A stretch of DNA of 64,000 nt from the human T2T-CHM13v2.0 reference genome, Homo sapiens, in assembly GCF_009914755.1 (NCBI RefSeq), contig NC_060933.1. One strand, 5' to 3'. The notes beneath the pieces are model-generated. The model made no database searches. It worked only from the letters and a program-made list of their open reading frames with translations, and was not told the DNA's origin. The stretch's first letter is position 1. Every line of letters begins with the position of its first letter. Positions 13,241 to 28,702 of this stretch are shown here, in pieces. A program made the position numbers and the translations under genes.

Positions 13241-13456
13241 TAGTTATCTCTCCATATAGGTGGGGATCAATTCCAGGGGCACCTTCATGTACCAAAATCC
13301 ACATATACTCAAGTTTCCCAGTTGGCCCTGTGGAACCTGTTTATAGGAAAAGGCAACCCTACAGAAAACACCGCACTTTTTATTGAGTTTGGTTGAAAAA
13401 ATAATATGCATATAAGTGGACCTGCGTAGTGTACACATGTGTTCAAGGGTCAACTG
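13241..13456 (+). mobile_element. MER8 (TcMar-Tigger MITE)
   Basis: ends gttcaagggtcaactg, TA on both sides, internal ccaaaatccacatatactcaag..ggccctgtggaacc. Confidence 0.8.
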
Positions 13457-14125
13457 TAGCTGAAAGCAAACCACATTTAGTTTATACATATATTTTAGAG
13501 AGAATATTTGTGAAGTGTTTTATTTTTTTAAAAAAAAGCTAACTAAAGAACTAAAAGAACCAAAAGCAAACCAAAATATAAAAAATAAACATTTTTCTAG
13601 CTCTGCAATGTAAGACATTTACTTTAAATTATTCAAATGTAGCTAAATAGGAATCTAATTTAAAGTTTATGCTATTTTTGAAGTAAGAAACATGCTGTGT
13701 CATTTATGAAACTAGAAATATATGATTGAAAAAGAGTCTACATAGTGAGAGAACTTGACCATAATCTTTGAAAGTAAAATCAAACGAAAGCTTATGTAAA
13801 AAGTGTGATCAATAGGCTTTAATTTTTAAAATATGATAATAAAATAAGAGATATTGAATGTTGCTAAAATTTTTAAATATGTTATGATAACAGCATACAT
13901 GGAATATTATACATTTATTCAAATTATGTTTTAAAAATAATGACATAAACATACTTCTTATACATTATGATTGAAATGCTGAGGTTTTATTTAATACATA
14001 ACCAATAAAGCTAAGAAACCCTTAAAAATCAAGATGTACTCCTTAAATAAAATATTGAGTGAGTACTTATAAGGCAATAAGTTTTGTAAAATATGCTAAA
14101 AATTTTTAAAAATTCTCTACATATT

Positions 14126-16789
<2,664 letters not shown>

Positions 16790-17689
16790 TAAGGTACCAG
16801 TACATCACCATGATAGACCCAAACTTTATACCAGGCACTACCGAAAGAGTAAAATTAGCACAACAGTTAGCATAGACAACATGACAACTTTTGTAGGGCC
16901 ATAGTATAGTTTCAGATATTGTTCACATTCTCTGCAACAAAAGAAGTTAAGATACATTACAGAAAGGAGAATATGAAAGCAGTATTAGTAAAAGGGAATA
17001 TCCCAACAATAGGAAAGCACCCCATTTGGATATTTACAAAAATTCTAAAAATTATCTTGTGAAAATGTGAAATCCATATTTTAAAGGTCTTCGAAAAAGA
17101 GAAAAATAGACTAAAATTTTATTAATTAAAGTAAATATTAACTCCAATAAATGAGGAGAATTAGAATGCATTAAGGTGTTTTAAAATTATAAAACTTACT
17201 AAAGTAATTTGGAAAAAAATGTGTATCGATAACACTCATTTAAGAAAACATGGTCACGATTTAGTCAAATCTCATCTTTTGTCCCTTGTTTTTGTTTTTA
17301 AAAGTTGTAATAATAATTGATATTTACTCAATATCTTCATATATTGAGTAAAACCATATACCAAACAAAAATTGCATCCTTTATATAAGTAGAGAAATTA
17401 GACTTAAAATAAATAACAAGTGAGAGACCATGGTGCCAACCTAGTTTGTCATTTTTCTTTAGAAAATCCTAAGTTATTTGTTGTCAAAATTATCAATATT
17501 TTATATTTTGTTGCTCTTGCAAGTAAAGCATTTCTAATTAAAGACCTTAGGGCTTCACATATCCTTCAGATAGCTGGTAAAATGCTGCTTTTTGCTAGAA
17601 GCCTTCTCCGCCCTTTCTATATAACAGCAACCTCTCTTCTCAGTTTCTTGTCATCTCCAGTACACCTTCTAGCTGCTTTTCTAATTTTA

Positions 17690-17845
17690 TTTTTCCCAAG
17701 CACAACTTAGCACTTTACTGGAAGTCATCTGTTTTCTGCTTCACAAAGCAAGGACTTGTCTCCGTTGTGCCCAGCTCTAGCCTCAGGGCCTAGAAAAGTA
17801 CTCAGCGTGTAATGTGCACCAATTACATGTATATTGGATTAATAT
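17690..17845 (+). mobile_element. L2 3'-end fragment
   Basis: aaggacttgtc..ctagcctcagggcctagaaaagtactcagc resembles the L2 terminus. Confidence 0.45.
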
Positions 17846-19124
17846 TTAAATGTGTATATACTTAGCTGTGAATAAATAGCATCAATATTCGTTTTTTAAA
17901 TGTTAAAAATATAAAGTGTATAGCCTTCAAAAGTACACTGTACATAAATAATTTGAAGGTGATGAAGAGGACCCTGAAACAGGAATGGATTCCTAATTCC
18001 TAGCAGGGATTTAATGGCCATCACGGAGCAGCCAGATGTTATAAGATAAGGATATAAGATCTGAGAGGCATGGCAGGTAAGAATAGAGCTAACATACATT
18101 TTACTTAAAATTTTTGAATTGGCTATATTGAAAAAAGTTTAACACATGTTACCACAGCAAACACTCTAAAAACTCTCTACTAAGAATTTTGGCTTAGACC
18201 AAGGCCAACATTGCTCTGGACATAAAATGGCCTTTTATACATGATGATGATATTTTCAAAACTAAGTAAGTTAAGTACATTATTTAAAAGATTTTAGTCC
18301 TGTTTTACCTGTTATTTCACTACTAAAGGATTTTTCTACTCTGAGTTCACTTTATCATTCTTTTTTCAGAATTTTATCTGTGCTTATTTTAAATAAACAT
18401 GAAAATTACTACCATTTAAGATAAATATCCTTTTATCTTTCAATTATTTTTCCAGAGCAGTGCTTTAAGTATTCATATAATTATGAGAGTTTCTAAAATT
18501 TTACATATTTTATAACAGTTCATTCTGTGTGAGTTTTCTTTTAATTTTTATAAGAAATATCTTGAGAACAGTGATACATAATATATTATGCAAAACCTGA
18601 AAAAAATAGTAAGTTATTTCCAGCATCAAAGGTCATTTATTCTTCTGAGAGCCTAGTGACCTTTAAGTTAATTTCCTATTTTATGGATTTTTATAAATTA
18701 CTTAGTATGTGGGTTATGTGTACAGAAAGCACACCACGTAACTTTAAATTGTTCTCAAATCATTTTGTAAGTCATCAGATAAGTAGCTACTTAAGTAATC
18801 TATATATTTGTAATAAATATTTGTGTAGAAATAATAGAATGAGGAAGTCCTTCTTCATAACTTTGAATAAAACACTATTTCTCCAGTTAACCTGGAGGGC
18901 AAATAAACCTTTTAAAAATATAACAGAAAAGTTCGATAAGAGCACAAAGTGTGTATTAAGTAAATGTTACAAAGGATAAATGGAAGTGAAATACCTGGAT
19001 TATCCTTACTGAGAATTCAACACCTATAAATGAATTATAAGTGAAATCACAACTATCACAAACTTTGCTCCATCTCATTTTGGAATTGTAACAGCCTCAA
19101 GGGCATAATAACTTTCAAAAGACG

Positions 19125-19255
19125 GTCACTGAGTGCCAACTATATGCCAGCCCATATGCTAGGTACGGACTGCTAGGTTTTTTTCTTACTAATTAGAATC
19201 ACTTAACTGCTTGAAAATGTGCATTGGTGGTAAACCTATTATCAGCCCTTACTCT
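19125..19255 (-). mobile_element. MIR fragment
   Basis: cactgagtgccaactatatgccag..tgctagg..ctattatc. Confidence 0.5.
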
Positions 19256-19419
19256 ATCTTTAAAATTTTAAGTTAAATTTTTGATTTAATGTAGAATCAT
19301 TTTATACACACACACACACACGCCACACACCGAAACATATAACTATTTTTCTTGAAATATCAAAATACCACAAAAGCATTATGATTTTGTTTTCCTAAAA
19401 TGTTTTAGTGTAAATGACA

Positions 19420-19815
<396 letters not shown>

Positions 19816-19824
19816 ATGCTGATC

Positions 19825-20300
19825 AAAGTTTGTTTGCTCTCAGATCAATTTCCTCAGCAGTTTTCTTGTATTTTTTCACTGTAACAGAAATCTGCATTTC
19901 CCATGCTTCCTTGTCATCTAGTCTTTGGGTAGATTCAGGCAAGGGAAGGCAAAAGCCAAAGATTGAAGGACAGGAAAAGGCAAGGAGAAGGGCCACTTCT
20001 GTTTTTGTTTGTTTGTTTTCTCTGCTTCTAATGACACCTACATCAGAGGTCATATTTCTCCCTGGTCCCATTTCTCACCAGCAGTAATTCTACTGTGAAA
20101 TGGCTCATTACTGGATCTCTGGAACTTTAGTTTCTCCCATTGACCTTACTATCATGAGGAAAGGATTAGTTCTCTGCTAGTGCTAATACTTTCATCACTA
20201 TTCCTTGCTTTGTTTCTTAGTTATTTTCACCCTGATGTTACCTGCTCCACATAATAAAATCAGATTGTTTGTAAGTCCTAGACTAGTTTCTGCCTTGCTG
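19825..20300 (+). mobile_element. LTR33-like ERVL LTR
   Basis: ctgcatttcccatgcttccttg..gggaaggc; ctgctagtgctaata..; taaaatc..tgtttgtaagtcctagactagtttctg. Confidence 0.6.
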
Positions 20301-20516
20301 GCTATATCCTCAATGAAGAGCAAATATTTACCTCATGGGAGAAATAGACCTAATGGATTTAGGAGTTTAGCAGTTTACAGGGCACAAATTAAATCTCAAT
20401 AAATATTTACTCTGAGTAAAAAAGTACAAAATAGAAGTACAATTCTTTTTTATTGTCACTGATTTCAGAGCAAAATGAATCAACAGTTGACAAATTAAGG
20501 ATTAACTTATGCAAGA

Positions 20517-21265
20517 TTATTCAACAAATATTTATTATTCATTTGCTCTATGCCAGAAATGTGTCTTCATGCCAGGTTAAGAAAAAGAGAAAACAGAAAA
20601 AAAATAGCTGTCCCTGACTAAAAGAGCTTACGTTCTTTCTTTTTGGGCGAGAAAGGCAGTGAAAAATTAAAAAAAGAAACGCAGTATTAACATGCGGATA
20701 AGTTCTAGGGTGAAATTTGAATGCAGATCCGAGTGACTGTCTGCCTCTCAAAAGAATTCTGCTGAGATGTCTAGAAGTAAGTAGAGTAGCAAGCAAATAT
20801 CTACAGCGCGTGTCTCTTTCAAAGACAGAAAAACAAAGTGGTTTTTAAGGTGGGTGAATCTTGGCATTTCCAAGAAATACCAGGAGGCTCTTAAGGATAG
20901 AATGACCAAAACAATGAGGGCTGTGATAAAATAAATTGGGGGAGGTATGGAGAAGGATCCCATATTGTTGCTTTCACAAACAATGACAAGGTTTTGGGTT
21001 TTACTTTGAGAAGGGGAACAATTAGAAAGCTATGAGCAAGACTGTGAAATTATTTGATTTATGTTTTATAATCATTCTGACTCCTGGCTGAAAAACAGCC
21101 TCTAGGAATGAAAGTGAGAGAAATAGGGTCATCATTTATGAAGCTATTCCAATGATCCAGTGCTTTGGCAGTTGCCTGGACATGGCTAGTAAGAGGTAAA
21201 AGTAATCTGATACATCTTAAAGGCAGGTGTTCATGGATTTGATATGGCAAATGAAAGAAAGAAAC
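20517..21265 (-). mobile_element. L2 fragment
   Basis: attcaacaaatatttatt..ctatgccag..gtccctgac..gagcttac; tgatttatgttttataatcattctgac. Confidence 0.7.
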
Positions 21266-23328
21266 CACTATGTGTTATATTCCTTGAGCCAAAATTGAGG
21301 TGTAAAATAAACATGCTCACATAAATGGTTGATTATGTTCTTAAATGAAGGAGAAAATAGTTGCAGTGATGTTAAGTCATCAACCATTTAAAATGTTGCT
21401 TTTGAAAGAGATGAATCAAGGAAGGGATGGACATGAATTTTCCTTACCTAAAAAGCTAGTGAAAATTAAGAGTGACATGAACAGGATTAAAACTTTATTT
21501 TATAGTGGTACTGAGATGAAACATCACACTATCTGACTTCATAGCTTAAAAATATAATCACCCCACCAACTTCTCACTCTTTTCAAGGATTTTGTGAGTA
21601 ACCAGCTTTAATTTGGAAAACCTAGACTTCTACATACAGATTGTTATGTTTGTGAGTATGATTATTTCTATCATTTTGTTTTACATTGTGCTTTATCATT
21701 CAATAATTAATATCTATCATTTTCCATTAACTAATTTATTTTATGACCATTTATTATTATTATTACCCTATGGTAGTCAATAATTACTGATACATATTCC
21801 ATTGTTTTTTGGGATTTGATATAGAATCAGAGAAGTTTGTTGCCAACTCCTTTTTAGTTGAATATATATTGTTTTTGTCTTATATTTAGTTTTTGTAAAA
21901 CTTCAGATTTTCCATCTTGCCCCACTATTTATTGCTAAAAATCATATCCAAATATGACAAGGTTTAGGAACACACACAGTTAATGAACACATGTTAAAGT
22001 ATAATAACACAGAATACATTTTTGAAAGTAAGTTTATTAAAATTAGAAATATATTTCTAGTTATATGCATAAGGATATACCAACATGGATTTTGCCTGCC
22101 CAATATTAATTTTCTCTTAATTTCTTACTTACAGAACTTCAATTTGGTCATGAGTCTAAGCCCCAAATTATGTTTGCTGTCGTATACTCATGACAGCTCT
22201 TTTTCTTGATTTTTCTAGCCTTTATCCATTTGGAAATGTGAACCACCTTTTATAGGTGAGATACAGTATAGCTGAACACTTCTCTAAAGGTTTCTGTAAA
22301 AAAGCATAAATGTACAAGCCTATCATCCCGATTCTATTTAGTTTGCCTTGAATATGAATGTGATAAATGAAGTAAGATCTCACATCTTGCAACATGAAAT
22401 GGGAGAAGGGTCAACATAGAAGAAATGTCAGAAGAAATGAACCAATAGAAAATTCCTCATTTGCTAAATTTTGTTAAAAGAAAAAAATAGATTTTAATAT
22501 TAATCTGATCTACACAGGCAAATGTTAACTGCAATGAAAATGTCTTTTAGATAATTCAGAACACTTTCCATCTTTGGTAAAAGTATTCATTTTACTGACT
22601 CACTATTATATATTTTGTTAAGTTAGAAACTCATATTCAATCAAAGGAAATAAAAGTTCCCCCTAATTTCTAGGAATATAAAAAAATAGGTACACATAGC
22701 TTAGATAATATTTTCTATATTTGTTCAAGTAAATCAGTTTAGTAATTGTTTGAAATACTTCCAATTGATATGAGTCCAATTTTAGAAGGAATTTTAGTTG
22801 GAAGTGTTATTCTCTTTATGAAGATGTAAATGGCTCTGTTTACTGGCCAATATTTACATACACATACAGTCAATGAATGTTAATTTGCACACAGTGGCAT
22901 ATATAATTCAAAGTTCATTTTATTAGTTAATTTAGATATGGTTCAATGAGAGTTTCAAACTGAGGGCATAGAGTCATATAACATACTCTAGAAGAACAAC
23001 TCACAAAAACTAAAATAAATTGCTTTACCATGTTTGCCTTTGTATTTCACTTTTTGTGTTCTGAAGAATAAGCATGGTAAAATTTACATATATCTAACGC
23101 ATATAATGGGCAATGTATGAATTATTTTACAAATTACTCATAACCAGAAGAGTTCTGTTGGATTTTACCATATGGCCAGATTCATCTTGCCTTTCAAACT
23201 TATGTAAGTAATTTTTCGAAATCTCTTTTTTTCCCATAACATACATGCTGCTGAGTCCACTCCTCCAAACTAAGTAAAGATAGGAATGCTCATGGCCAAA
23301 TCATAAGTATAGAAAGTGACTTTTGAAC

Positions 23329-23753
23329 TGATGAAGACTTTCTTCTTGTCTACGCTTTAGTCAGGCTTCTAGGAACACTCTTTTTGACTCTACTTTGTCC
23401 TTGGGCCCTGTCTTTACACTGCCTAGTCCAGCTGTTGCAAGAATGCTGCTAAGTCAGTTTAGAGAGAATCTCCCACTCTTGATATCTGATCACTCTGGCT
23501 TGCCTTCAGCAAGAATCCTCTTACGTTAGCTAACAAGAAATCCCCTACCCTTGATGTCTCCTCTTAGTAATTTGTATTCATTGACAACTTTTCACTCTGC
23601 TCATTAGCTGCACTTCCCAGATATCTTTGCTGTGTTCAGAGTTGAACCTTATCTCTCTTGCCTGTTAGAATCATCTTGACACCTATCATTTTAATCTTAA
23701 ATAAAGTGATCCTTAACCATTTTAACAAGTGTTGGAAATTTTTTTATTTAGCA
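23329..23753 (+). mobile_element. MER31-like ERV1 solo LTR
   Basis: TG...CA ends, perfect 4-bp TSD gaac, ctttagtcaggct, gcaagaatgctgctaagtcagttta, aataaa near the 3' end. Confidence 0.85.
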
Positions 23754-23896
23754 GAACTAACAAATTGTTTGCGAACTATTGAAATAGAACTATTCTATTA
23801 TGGCCTGCAGATATTTTTCTCAATTATAATTCACTTTCATACTGTAAAAGTATCTTTGCTTTGTGTATATCTTTTTCATATAAAAACTTTTAATTT

Positions 23897-24201
23897 GGCA
23901 GGGAATAGTGGCTCATGCCTGTAATCCCAGAACTTTGGGAGGCCCAGACGAGTGGATCATGTAGGTCAGGAGTTGAGACCAGCCTGGCCAACATGGCAAA
24001 ACCCCATCTCTACTAAAAGTACAAAAATTATCCGGGCATGGTTGTGGGCACCTGTATTCTCAGGTACTTGGGAGACTGAGGCAGCAGAATCGCTTGAACC
24101 CAGGAAGCAGAGGTTGCAGTGAGCCAAGATCAGGCTGCTGCACTCTAGCCTGAGTGATAGAGTGAGTGAGACTCTGTCTCAAAAAACAAAAAACAAAAAA
24201 A
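23897..24201 (+). mobile_element. AluS
   Basis: full dimer with A-rich tail and degenerate TSD. Confidence 0.93.
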
Positions 24202-27200
24202 CCTTTCGATTTATTTTCCAGAGGTCTATTTTTAATTTAGTAACAAGATTTTAAAAAATATTTATAAAATTAAATAACAATAGAATGTTAGAACTAGGCC
24301 CTATAAAATATAAAATTGTCAAAATTGGTTAGCATGATTGTAGCTTCAAGGATCCTATTGTTAATGTGGCAACTTCTGAAACCAAACATCATCATGCTTA
24401 GCATCAAGAGCTAAAGTAGTCATGAGTTAATGGAGAAGAACAACTAAGGAATTGGCTGCCGAAGTAAAGTTTATGCTAAATTTAAATGAAATGAAATAAC
24501 AAAGTAGTTTGAAATGAACATTCCATTGATTATTTTTAAAATTTTATTTATTAACAAAGTAGCTTATACTAACTGCCCACTGTCTATCCCAATAGTTACA
24601 GCAATAACATATAGTTAACATTTGTAATTAAATATTTCATTTCATACAAATAGTATTTTAAAATTCAAGTGTTGATTTTTAAGCCTTTGAATGTTTGGCT
24701 GTTTAAAATTTAAGTGCATATAAAAATTGTAGAAAAGGGTCATTATTAATAAAATACTCAAAATATGGTAAATTTTGCATGATGATTTAATATATGCAAA
24801 TTGACAAGTGATGTGAATAGTACATTTGAATAGAGAAAATATGTACATAAATGAATGGTATTTCAGAATCTAAGCAAATTGATGACTACATTATGTACTT
24901 GTCCCCAATGTAAATGAAATATTAATTAGAAAACTTTTTTTTTTCACTAAAGGGCTGAACATAAAGTGTGATGGCAAATTGGTGTGTTCTTGTATTTCTT
25001 GTCTTTGGGGATTCTTTTCAGTATATTTTCACTTAATGTTTTAGCAACATTTTTCGTCATCCTTTTACACTTATAGCTGGACTATGCTTAGTGATAGAAA
25101 ATAGTTATATAATGGGATTATACTTGGCCATATGAATTTGATGGTATGAGTTAATCTGTGTTTCATCTTACTTGTGTCTACTTGTAAGTCATTGATGCTA
25201 ATGTTATTAGTAATTTTTAGAGGGTAGAAATGTTTTCTATATGACATTTTTGAGAAAAGGAAGTCAATAAATCCCATTTGATATGCAACAGAAATAAAGA
25301 TCTCTTATTTCAATTTTAAAATGCTTTATAACTTACATTGCTTTGTTTTATGCATTATTTGTTTTGATCAGATGCAAAATGAGTCAGTAATGTCATCTAA
25401 CCACAAGTTTGATACATTTTTTTAAAGAAAAATTTCCAAAATACTTTAACTGAGCAATAGGCTAATACTTCATAAATTAAAATATTTAAATATTCAATCT
25501 TTCTGAGTGGATATTTGTTGCATATCTGATAACTTGGCCTAATTCTGTAATTGGGATGAGAACTACCCAATTTTATTGGTAACCTCTTTTCTGCTCTGCA
25601 ACTTTGGAAATACTATGGAGGACTCCAAATTCATTTGAGACAAAAATATTAAAAATGTATCCCCTGATTAGGATTTCAGTTCCAAAGCTCTCCTTGGAGG
25701 GATATAGAGCTGGAGAAAATCACATTTATTTTTCGTCTCTTTAATATTGATATATAAAAGTCAGGTTAAAATTAGTATCAAATTGGGAAGCCTGCACGGT
25801 AAACCGGCTGGAATAATACACTCTGCAATATGAAGGAAAAAGGAAAAATTTAGTTGATTTATTTACCTAACTATAATTTTTTAAAGAATTTTAAGTTTCT
25901 AATAAATTTAACTATAAATTTTTAATTTTCTATCTTTCATTTAGTACCATCTATATAAACTTTTCCAGGCTACTTCTCTGAATCACCTGGCAAAATCTTA
26001 TAATTTACCACCTAATTGAATAAAACACACACACAAAATAATCTATTTTGAATAATAAACATCATTTATAATTATCTTGTTGAGATTGAGAGTAATCATC
26101 AGGTGTGGAAAAACTATTGAGGAAATTTTAACAATTTAAAATGTAATAATCTTTTTTGTATTATGTGTGTTTTATACTCAGAAGTGCATATGTTTTATAA
26201 AATTATGTGAATTTATAAATGTGGTCAATATTAATATTAAATTGTATCTTTTAATAGTATCTTCAATTATCTTTTTTTTTGCTGCTGGATTCCATTTAGA
26301 AAAAAAAATGTTCTGTATAGCAGTGTTGCTTTCTTTTTCTTTTCTTTTTGCTTTTCTTTCTTTTTTCTATTGATAAAGTATTTACTTGATCTTGGGGAAG
26401 AGGTATATAATCAAGTGACCACATTTTTCTTTGTTACATATTATTAAAAATTTATAATCAATCTTTCCAAATTGTAATCGGTCTGAAACCCATTTGCTTT
26501 ACTCAAATTATTTAGTGACTATAAAAGTTTCAGAAACATATGAAAGTTACAAATTAGCTTTAAATGTGTCATGTTTAAAGCAGTTGTTTTAAAAGCTAAG
26601 TCATTATCCATTATTATGTAACTAGTATTCTAAATATCACATCTTTGCATTGTTTGACTTTTAAGGCATATGAAATGTTTTGGATCAGAGAAATCATTTG
26701 CTTCACATCCCTAAGAGACAGACTCTATGGGTACTGAGTCATGCTAACAGTGGCAAAACCTGACAAACAATAAGCATCATTTTCAAATATTTTAAACATT
26801 TCACATAAAAATTTACTTTTAGCATACATTGCAGCCATCGAGGAAGCCTAAAGTAAGGAAAACCTCAGTGAAATATGATGAAGTTAATAAAAAGAAATAG
26901 CCATCATTTTATTTGTTTAAATTGCCATTATCTCTCATATAATTATGTACAATATATAACATAGGATAATTAAGTCAAACTGTGTACCTACAGATATGGA
27001 GAGCCTTATATTTTAGGAAAAAGTAAAATGTAAATTAACTGGTAAAGATGAGCTTTTCAATCTATAAGGCATAGACACTTTTCCTTGGTGGATTTGAAAA
27101 GGTTCTTAGAAATCTGAAAATAAGATAGTTTTTCTATAATAAATGGTAAAAAACACTTTCACATCTTAACCTTATCATAGTATCACAATGCTGGAATGTT

Positions 27201-27348
27201 TTTACTGGGAAATAAGTAAGCTAATTCAATTATAAATTGCAGTAGAGGAAAGGATGAAGGTTAAAAAACACTATCTATTCAAATCCTTAGTCATGAGGTT
27301 GAATTCATTGAATCAGAGTGTGAATATATATCTATATTTGAGACAGAA

Positions 27349-27383
27349 TGTGTATGTATGTGTGTGAGTGTGAGTGTGTGTGT
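27349..27383. repeat. imperfect (TG)n
   Basis: tgtgtatgtatgtgtgtgagtgtgagtgtgtgtgt. Confidence 0.8.
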
Positions 27384-28195
27384 ACAGTCATTAGACATTT
27401 GCCTCATGGACAGTGGAGGAAAACATTTGCTGAGCTGCTTTCCTACCTTAAAGATTTACAACTGCACTGTTTTCAAGATATACTTTTTATATCTCAAATA
27501 ATTTAATATATTATGTTTAGTTGTTGATATAACAAGATATCTGAATACCCCATAATTGAAATTATACCTGGAAATAAATACTTGAAATACTTGCTTCAGT
27601 GACATTTGTGGAAGTATACTTATTTAAGTTCAAATTATAGGTATATTGAACAAAATGATATTGGATTCTTCACTGGCTGCATACTTCTGAAACTTGTAAA
27701 TAATTTGAAATTAGTTTCCAAGAACAGAAAGACAAATATTAGATAGGAAATACCAAATTCTTAAGATTCATACATATAAAAGTGAAATAAAAATCAAACT
27801 TAATCTTATCATGAATTTTCTACTGTGGCTTACTTTTAGAACTTGTTATAAAAATAGAAATGCTATTAATTTAATTACATTTATTAAAATCTAAAAATAG
27901 GTGATTATAGCTAGGACATTGACAAGTGTAACTATACATGAGTAAATATAACTGAGGATAGCAACACATGAAATATATCATAAAATTGAATTATTCTATA
28001 AATAGTATTAAGTCTGTATTACTTGGAACTTGATTCCACTTAGAATGTCCCTGCTTTTATTTATTTATTTATTTTTGTAAACAAAATGAGCAAGAGGTTA
28101 TTACACTTCATTCACTGCGAAAAGGTAACACTACATCAAAGATAACTCACATACTTGCAGAAATATGGAAGGTAGTTCTTTCTTTTTTTTTGTTA

Positions 28196-28479
28196 AGAAA
28201 TAGGGTCTCACTATGTTGCCCAGGTTGTAGTGCAGTGACTATTCAAAGGGGTCATCCCACTACTGATAAGCAGAGGAGTTTTATTCTGCTCAATTTTTGA
28301 GTTGACCACTCCTTAGGCAACCTGGTGGTCCTCTGCTCCCTGGAAGCTAACATATTGATGCCAAACTTAGTGCAGACACTTCCTCAGCATAGTGCATACA
28401 ACCCAGAACTCCTGGGCTCAAGTGTTCCTCCCGCCTCAGCATCCTGAGTAGCTGGGACAACAGGTGTGTGTCACCTGGC
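28196..28479 (-). pseudogene. RN7SL: Full-length 7SL (SRP RNA) processed pseudogene
   Basis: has the 7SL S-domain absent from Alu (atcccactactgat..ctccttaggcaacctggtggtcc..catattgatgccaaacttagtgc) between the Alu-domain halves; poly-T at 28179-28194; degenerate TSD aaggta(g/t)tt. Confidence 0.93.
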
Positions 28480-28702
28480 TGAAAGGTATTTTTAAATACA
28501 AATGTTGTCCAGGAGTGACAGAAGCTGGAGAATTGGACTACTTGATGGAGGCTTTGTACAAGCTTTGAACAATAATAACAACAAAATTGAAATGCCAAAA
28601 ATATTGTTTAGCAGTTAACCACCAATAAAAGGAAGCCAGCCATTTCACACAGAGGATTTTGTTAATTGATTGCGTGATTCAAGGAAATAATATTATTAGG
28701 TG

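Noticed and set aside
21300-28150. Short hydrophobic F/I/L/K-rich ORFs as exons or small proteins
   Set aside because: Expected from very AT-rich DNA; no recognisable domain or coherent splice structure. A lncRNA exon cannot be excluded from sequence alone.
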